In this document: piece by piece, positions 59,733 to 64,000 of the stretch | How the letters are laid out: every line of letters starts with the position of its first letter | Numbering within the stretch: position 1 is the first letter of the stretch | From: Clostridia bacterium | Lineage (GTDB): Bacteria; Bacillota; Clostridia; Oscillospirales; CAG-272 | DNA length: 64,000 nt | Reading direction: 5' to 3' | NCBI GenBank assembly: GCA_017453255.1 | Contig: JAFTKN010000027.1 | Span: 4,246 to 68,245, forward strand | Position numbers and translations under genes: made by a program | The notes under the pieces: generated by a model | Database searches by the model: none | Seen by the model: only the letters and a program-made list of their open reading frames with translations | Told to the model about the DNA's origin: nothing

Positions 59733-60505
59733 TTTGCTCGGCAAACACAGATAAGGGACAAAAGCGTAGCAATAATCAGGACTGCTATGCTGTAAGAAAA
59801 TATACAGAAAAAACCTATTTAGCCGTTGTTTGCGATGGAATGGGTGGTGTTCGTGGTGGTGAGGAGGCTTCACAAATTGCTTGCGAGGCATTTGTTAAAA
59901 CCATTGATAAGTGCATAACCCCATACCTAAAGAACAGACAAAAGCAGATAGGCACATCAGAGATTAAAAGAATGCTCGTTAAGGGCATTGATTTAGCAAA
60001 TGAGCAGGTTTATTTAAAATCAAAGCAAAACCCAGACCATAAGGGAATGGGAACTACCATAGTAGCAGCCTTGATTATAGACAAAACTGCATTTTGCTTA
60101 AATGTAGGGGATAGCCGTCTATACTTAGTTAAGGGCACTAATATAAGACAGGTAACTAAGGACCATTCCTATGTTCAATACCTTATTGATATGGGACAGC
60201 TAACACCTGAGGAGGCAGAAACGTCCTCAAACAAGAATATAATTACAAGAGCAGTAGGAACTGAGGTTTCTGTTGAGCCTGATATTTATCTTGAAAGGCT
60301 TGAGGAAAATAGCTTTATGCTCCTTTGCACCGATGGTCTTACTAATATGGTCGATAATGCAACAATTTGCGACATCGTTTCAGGCGATAAGGCAAACAAG
60401 CAAATTGACCAAATAGAGCTTGACTTAAAGACAAGAAAATTAATTGACACTGCAAATGAAAACGGTGGTACTGATAATATCACAGCAGTGCTTTTAAGGT
60501 TTTAA
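59729..60505 (+). CDS. Stp1/PrpC-family PP2C Ser/Thr phosphatase
   Basis: NQD, VCDGMGG, NVGDSR, CTDGL, GGTDNIT. Confidence 0.95.
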   Translation: MICSANTDKGQKRSNNQDCYAVRKYTEKTYLAVVCDGMGGVRGGEEASQIACEAFVKTIDKCITPYLKNRQKQIGTSEIKRMLVKGIDLANEQVYLKSKQNPDHKGMGTTIVAALIIDKTAFCLNVGDSRLYLVKGTNIRQVTKDHSYVQYLIDMGQLTPEEAETSSNKNIITRAVGTEVSVEPDIYLERLEENSFMLLCTDGLTNMVDNATICDIVSGDKANKQIDQIELDLKTRKLIDTANENGGTDNITAVLLRF

Positions 60506-60517
60506 GGAGGGCATCTT

Positions 60518-61477
60518 ATGGAAAACAAGCACGACAAGTACGAAAAATATAAGAAATTTGAGGGACAGGTGCTCGACGACAGATATGTTATCGAAAAGCT
60601 TATAGGCATTGGTGGTATGGCTGTTGTTTATAGAGCAAGAGATAAGTTCCTTAATAATATGACAGTAGCCATTAAGATGCTAAAGGACGATGCTGCAACC
60701 GATGAGGTTATAGTAAAGCGCTTTAAAAACGAGGGTAGAGCCGAGGGTATGCTTAAGCACCCCAATATTGTTGGCGTTTATGACGTAAACATAAAGGGCG
60801 AATATAAGTATATGGTAATGGAGCACGTTTATGGTATCACCCTAAAGGACTACCTTTCTGCAAAAAATGAGCCATTAAAGTTTGACGAAATAATGAGCTA
60901 TACAATGCAGATTTTGAAGGCTCTTACAAAGGCTCACGAAAACGGAATTATCCATAGAGATATTAAGCCACAAAATGTAATGGTATTCCAAACAGGACAA
61001 ATTAAGCTAATGGATTTCGGTATTGCAAAACTTCCAAATGCTCAGACAATCACCGTTACCGATAAGGCTGTTGGTACTGTTTATTATATGAGTCCAGAGC
61101 AGGCAGGAGGCAAAAAGGTTGATGCAAGAAGTGACCTTTATTCCTTAGGTGCTATGATATATGAGCTTGCAACAGGTCAAACACCATTCAAGGGTGAAAC
61201 ACCATTGCAGGTATTGGTTAAGCACATAAATGAGCCACTTACCCCACCAAGACAATTAAACTCCAGTATTCCAGTAGGACTTGAGCAGATTATAATGTGT
61301 GCAATGAGCAAGGACCCAGCACAAAGATTCCAAAGCGCTAATGAAATGCTCGATTATGCAAAAAGACTTCACAAGAATAAGAAAATCAAATTTGATGAGC
61401 TTCCCTCAAATAGCTTTATGAAGAATTTCATAGGCAGACTAAAGAGAATTTTCGGCTCAAAGAAGAAGGATAAATGA
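60518..61477 (+). CDS. Hanks-type Ser/Thr kinase in the PrkC/PknB position, lacking TM and PASTA domains
   Basis: GIGGMAVVY, VAIK, HRDIKPQN, DFG, GTVYYMSPEQ; only 319 aa. Confidence 0.93.
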   Translation: MENKHDKYEKYKKFEGQVLDDRYVIEKLIGIGGMAVVYRARDKFLNNMTVAIKMLKDDAATDEVIVKRFKNEGRAEGMLKHPNIVGVYDVNIKGEYKYMVMEHVYGITLKDYLSAKNEPLKFDEIMSYTMQILKALTKAHENGIIHRDIKPQNVMVFQTGQIKLMDFGIAKLPNAQTITVTDKAVGTVYYMSPEQAGGKKVDARSDLYSLGAMIYELATGQTPFKGETPLQVLVKHINEPLTPPRQLNSSIPVGLEQIIMCAMSKDPAQRFQSANEMLDYAKRLHKNKKIKFDELPSNSFMKNFIGRLKRIFGSKKKDK

Positions 61478-62409
61478 TTTTAGGAACAGTATTAAAGGGT
61501 GTAGGAGGACTTTTTACAGTCCTTCTCGACTCTGAAATTGATAACGAAAGAGAAATAAGCGTAAGAGGTAGAGGCGCATTCAGACACGAAAAAATCGTGC
61601 TTTTACCTGGTGACAGAGTAGAGCTTGAGAAAAATCAGGACGGTAGCTTTTTCTGCAAAAGAATTTTGGAAAGAAAAAACTCCCTAATCAGACCATCTCT
61701 TGCTAACCTTGACTATATTTTTGTGGTAATCCCCTGTAAAAAGCCAATGCCATCTCTTGAAATAATCGACAAAATGATAGCTATTGCAGAGTTTAATAAA
61801 ATTGAGCCTGTAATTATTATTTCCAAGTCGGATTTAGATGAGGGCTTTGCTGAGGAAATGTACCATATATATAAAAATAGTGGCTTTGACACATTTATAA
61901 CCTCGTCATATTCAAACGAGGGCGTTTGCGATATTTATAACTATATTAAAAAAATAGCTACAGAAAAATCACCTATTTGTGCCTTTGCAGGCGCAAGTGG
62001 AGCAGGCAAAAGCACGCTTATTAATGCCCTTTTCCCAAGCCTCACCCTTGAAACAGGCGAGCTTAGTGAAAAGATTGAGAGGGGAAAAAATACTACAAGA
62101 AAATCGGAGCTTTTTCCACTTGATTCCTTAATAGGCAAGGAATACAATGGCTATCTTGCCGACACCCCTGGATTTTCACTTTTAGATTTTGAACGCTTTG
62201 ACTTCTTTTCCTTAAATGATTTGTTTTATACCTTTAGAGAATTTAGGGAGCTTGAAAATCAATGCAAATTTACAAAATGCTCGCATACTAAGGAGCAGGG
62301 CTGTGTAATTATAGAAAAAATTAAAAACGGCGAAATTGAAAAATCCCGTCACCAAAGCTACATAGCCTTATATGAAATTTTAAAGAAAAAACCAAGCTGG
62401 AAAAAATAA
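61474..62409 (+). CDS. rsgA: Ribosome small subunit-dependent GTPase A
   Basis: SKSD, GASGAGKS, RGKNTTR, DTPGF, CKFTKCSHTKEQGC. Confidence 0.97.
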   Translation: MILGTVLKGVGGLFTVLLDSEIDNEREISVRGRGAFRHEKIVLLPGDRVELEKNQDGSFFCKRILERKNSLIRPSLANLDYIFVVIPCKKPMPSLEIIDKMIAIAEFNKIEPVIIISKSDLDEGFAEEMYHIYKNSGFDTFITSSYSNEGVCDIYNYIKKIATEKSPICAFAGASGAGKSTLINALFPSLTLETGELSEKIERGKNTTRKSELFPLDSLIGKEYNGYLADTPGFSLLDFERFDFFSLNDLFYTFREFRELENQCKFTKCSHTKEQGCVIIEKIKNGEIEKSRHQSYIALYEILKKKPSWKK

Positions 62410-62427
62410 ATGAAGGGAGGGGCAGAT

Positions 62428-62712
62428 GTGAAACGTAAATATAAAGCGTTGATAATTGCAATTTTAATTATAGCTATAGCTATGTCTGCTTTTCTCCCAC
62501 TATTTGATAACGGGCATCACTGCGACCACGAAGGTGACTTAAAATGCACCATTTGTATATTAATAAGTGATATTGGTGAGGCTGTAATTAGCATAAGCTT
62601 AGTTATATTGCTTGTTAAAATAGTTCATTTATTGACCTGTTTAATTAAAGAAAAGCAAGATTTATCAAAGAATAATACCCTTATTAAGCAAAAGGTTAAG
62701 CTTTCCGATTAA
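62428..62712 (+). CDS. Small two-hydrophobic-segment protein with His/CxxC motif (candidate regulatory uORF)
   Basis: GGAGG RBS then GTG; HHCDHEGDLKCTIC; ends TLIKQKVKLSD. Confidence 0.75.
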   Translation: MKRKYKALIIAILIIAIAMSAFLPLFDNGHHCDHEGDLKCTICILISDIGEAVISISLVILLVKIVHLLTCLIKEKQDLSKNNTLIKQKVKLSD

Positions 62713-62745
62713 GAGTATCAATGTAAGATACTAATAATAGGAAAG
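62701..62745 (+). promoter_or_regulatory. Hairpin covering most of the ABC ATPase ribosome-binding site
   Basis: CTTTCC-G-ATTA..AGTATC-aatgtaa-GATACT..TAAT-A-GGAAAG; 3' arm is the purine-rich SD region. Confidence 0.6.
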
Positions 62746-62755
62746 GAACATAACA

Positions 62756-63424
62756 ATGATTGAAATAAAAGGAGTAAAAAAGCAATTTCAAAACGAAACC
62801 GTAATAGAATACAAGGATATGGTATTCGAGGACGGAAAATCATATATGCTCTTAGGAGCAAGTGGCTGTGGCAAGTCCACTCTGCTTAATATAATAGCAG
62901 GAATATTGTCACCAACAAAAGGAAATGTAGTCATAGATGGGGAAAATATGCAAGAAAAAAGCCAACCTCAAAGAGATAAGCTACGAATAAAACAAATCGG
63001 CTACATTTTCCAGGATTTTAAGCTTATAAATGAAATGTCAGTAATTGATAATATAAATATTTTAAGGCTTGAAGGAATTAATACTAAGGACGCACCCGAG
63101 CTACTTAATAAGCTTGGCATATTAGAAAAGAAAAAAAGTAAAATCAAGCATTTGTCAGGTGGACAAAAGCAGAGAGTGGCAATAGCAAGGGCACTTGTAA
63201 AAAAACCACAAATAATTTTAGCAGATGAGCCAACTGGTAACCTTAACTTTACAATAGGTGAGCAGGTTATTAAGGAGCTTGTTGATGTATCAAGGGGTAA
63301 AACACTAATAGCCGTAACTCATGATGACCGACTTGCAAAATACTTCGACTGTGTTGTTGATATGAATGAGATGACAAGTGGTATGCAGGATTTGGTAAGA
63401 GAGGGGGGCTTGAGTAATGATTAA
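62756..63424 (+). CDS. ABC transporter ATP-binding protein (LolD/MacB-like)
   Basis: GASGCGKS, IGYIFQ, LSGGQKQRVAIARA, LADEPTGNL. Confidence 0.95.
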   Translation: MIEIKGVKKQFQNETVIEYKDMVFEDGKSYMLLGASGCGKSTLLNIIAGILSPTKGNVVIDGENMQEKSQPQRDKLRIKQIGYIFQDFKLINEMSVIDNINILRLEGINTKDAPELLNKLGILEKKKSKIKHLSGGQKQRVAIARALVKKPQIILADEPTGNLNFTIGEQVIKELVDVSRGKTLIAVTHDDRLAKYFDCVVDMNEMTSGMQDLVREGGLSND

Positions 63425-64000
63425 GTTTGCCCTTAAAAATATGGCTGTCAAAAAGGTACAGTGCATCTTGATAGTTGTTTCGATAGTCATATCGACATCA
63501 ATCGCCGTGCTTGCATACAACGTGTCAAGTCAGGTTAGTGATGGAATAACCTCGAACGCAGGGTATTATTCTGTTATTATAGGACCAGCAGGCTCAAAAA
63601 CACAGCTTGCGATGAACACAATGTATTTTTCGGACGAGCCACTTGGTACAATTCCTTATTCAGTAGCTATGAATTTGATGCAGGATGGTACAAGAGTAAA
63701 TACAGTTATCCCGTTTGCAATGGCAGACAATTATAATGGCTCTAAGGTTGTAGGAACAACATCGCTATATTTAAAGGATAAGAGCATACAATGTGGTGAA
63801 ATGATGAATGACAGCTCCACTATGCAGGCAGTTGTAGGCTATAATGTAGCAAAAAATAATGGACTCAGCATTGGTGACATAATATATACAAGTCACTCCG
63901 CAACCTCACTCGATACTCACAAAAAGGGAATAACCGTTTGTGGTATTTTAAATCAAAGCTATTCATCCTTCGACAATGTGGTGTTTACACAGGTGCGCAC
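63417..64000 (+). CDS. ABC transporter permease (MacB/FtsX-like), 3'-truncated by window edge
   Basis: Translated by hand: MIKFALKNMAVKKVQCILIVVSIVIS...IIGPAGSKTQLAMNTMYF...TSHSATSLDTH; open to the end of the window. Confidence 0.88.
   Translation, partial: MIKFALKNMAVKKVQCILIVVSIVISTSIAVLAYNVSSQVSDGITSNAGYYSVIIGPAGSKTQLAMNTMYFSDEPLGTIPYSVAMNLMQDGTRVNTVIPFAMADNYNGSKVVGTTSLYLKDKSIQCGEMMNDSSTMQAVVGYNVAKNNGLSIGDIIYTSHSATSLDTHKKGITVCGILNQSYSSFDNVVFTQVR

Noticed and set aside
60518-61477. Kinase as a frameshifted pseudogene
   Set aside because: Catalytic motifs are intact and the stop overlaps the rsgA start, with no leftover PASTA-coding DNA in another frame.
1-64000. Prophage, transposase, integrase, rRNA, tRNA or alternative genetic code
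   Set aside because: None recognised; conserved genes end at expected lengths with TAA, TAG and TGA all acting as stops.

Overview
AT-rich chromosomal segment from a spore-forming Bacillota (Clostridia-like; spoIIR, remA, PduL, Zn-type S14/S4). The centre (26.8-42.8 kb) is the complete S10-spc-alpha ribosomal protein superoperon (rpsJ to rplQ, including rpmD and rpmJ, which the ORF track missed), with an expanded structured leader and several hairpin-rich spacers. The left part holds ptsI/crr, an XRE regulator with a heterodimeric ABC exporter, a GH78 rhamnosidase, an orphan MazF, yceD-rpmF, pduL and an uncharacterised carbohydrate redox/lyase cluster (flavin oxidoreductase, SDR, FAD protein, TIM-barrel isomerase, two heparinase II/III-like proteins, 2-hydroxyacid dehydrogenase). 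The right part holds a second GH78 gene bracketed by inverted TGTC-type REP-like clusters, pfkA, spoIIR, a DUF5685/J-domain locus and the yicC-gmk-rpoZ-priA-def-fmt-rsmB-rlmN-stp-kinase-rsgA operon. Best novelty candidates: (1) a His/CxxC membrane uORF whose last codons form a hairpin over the ribosome-binding site of a downstream ABC transporter (possible metal-sensing ribosome-stalling leader); (2) a PrkC-position kinase with no TM/PASTA region, ending in a MinD-like amphipathic helix; (3) an RNAP omega with a long acidic tail; (4) the uncharacterised catabolic cluster. No rRNA, tRNA, CRISPR or transposase was seen. All family calls come from motif recognition, not database searches.
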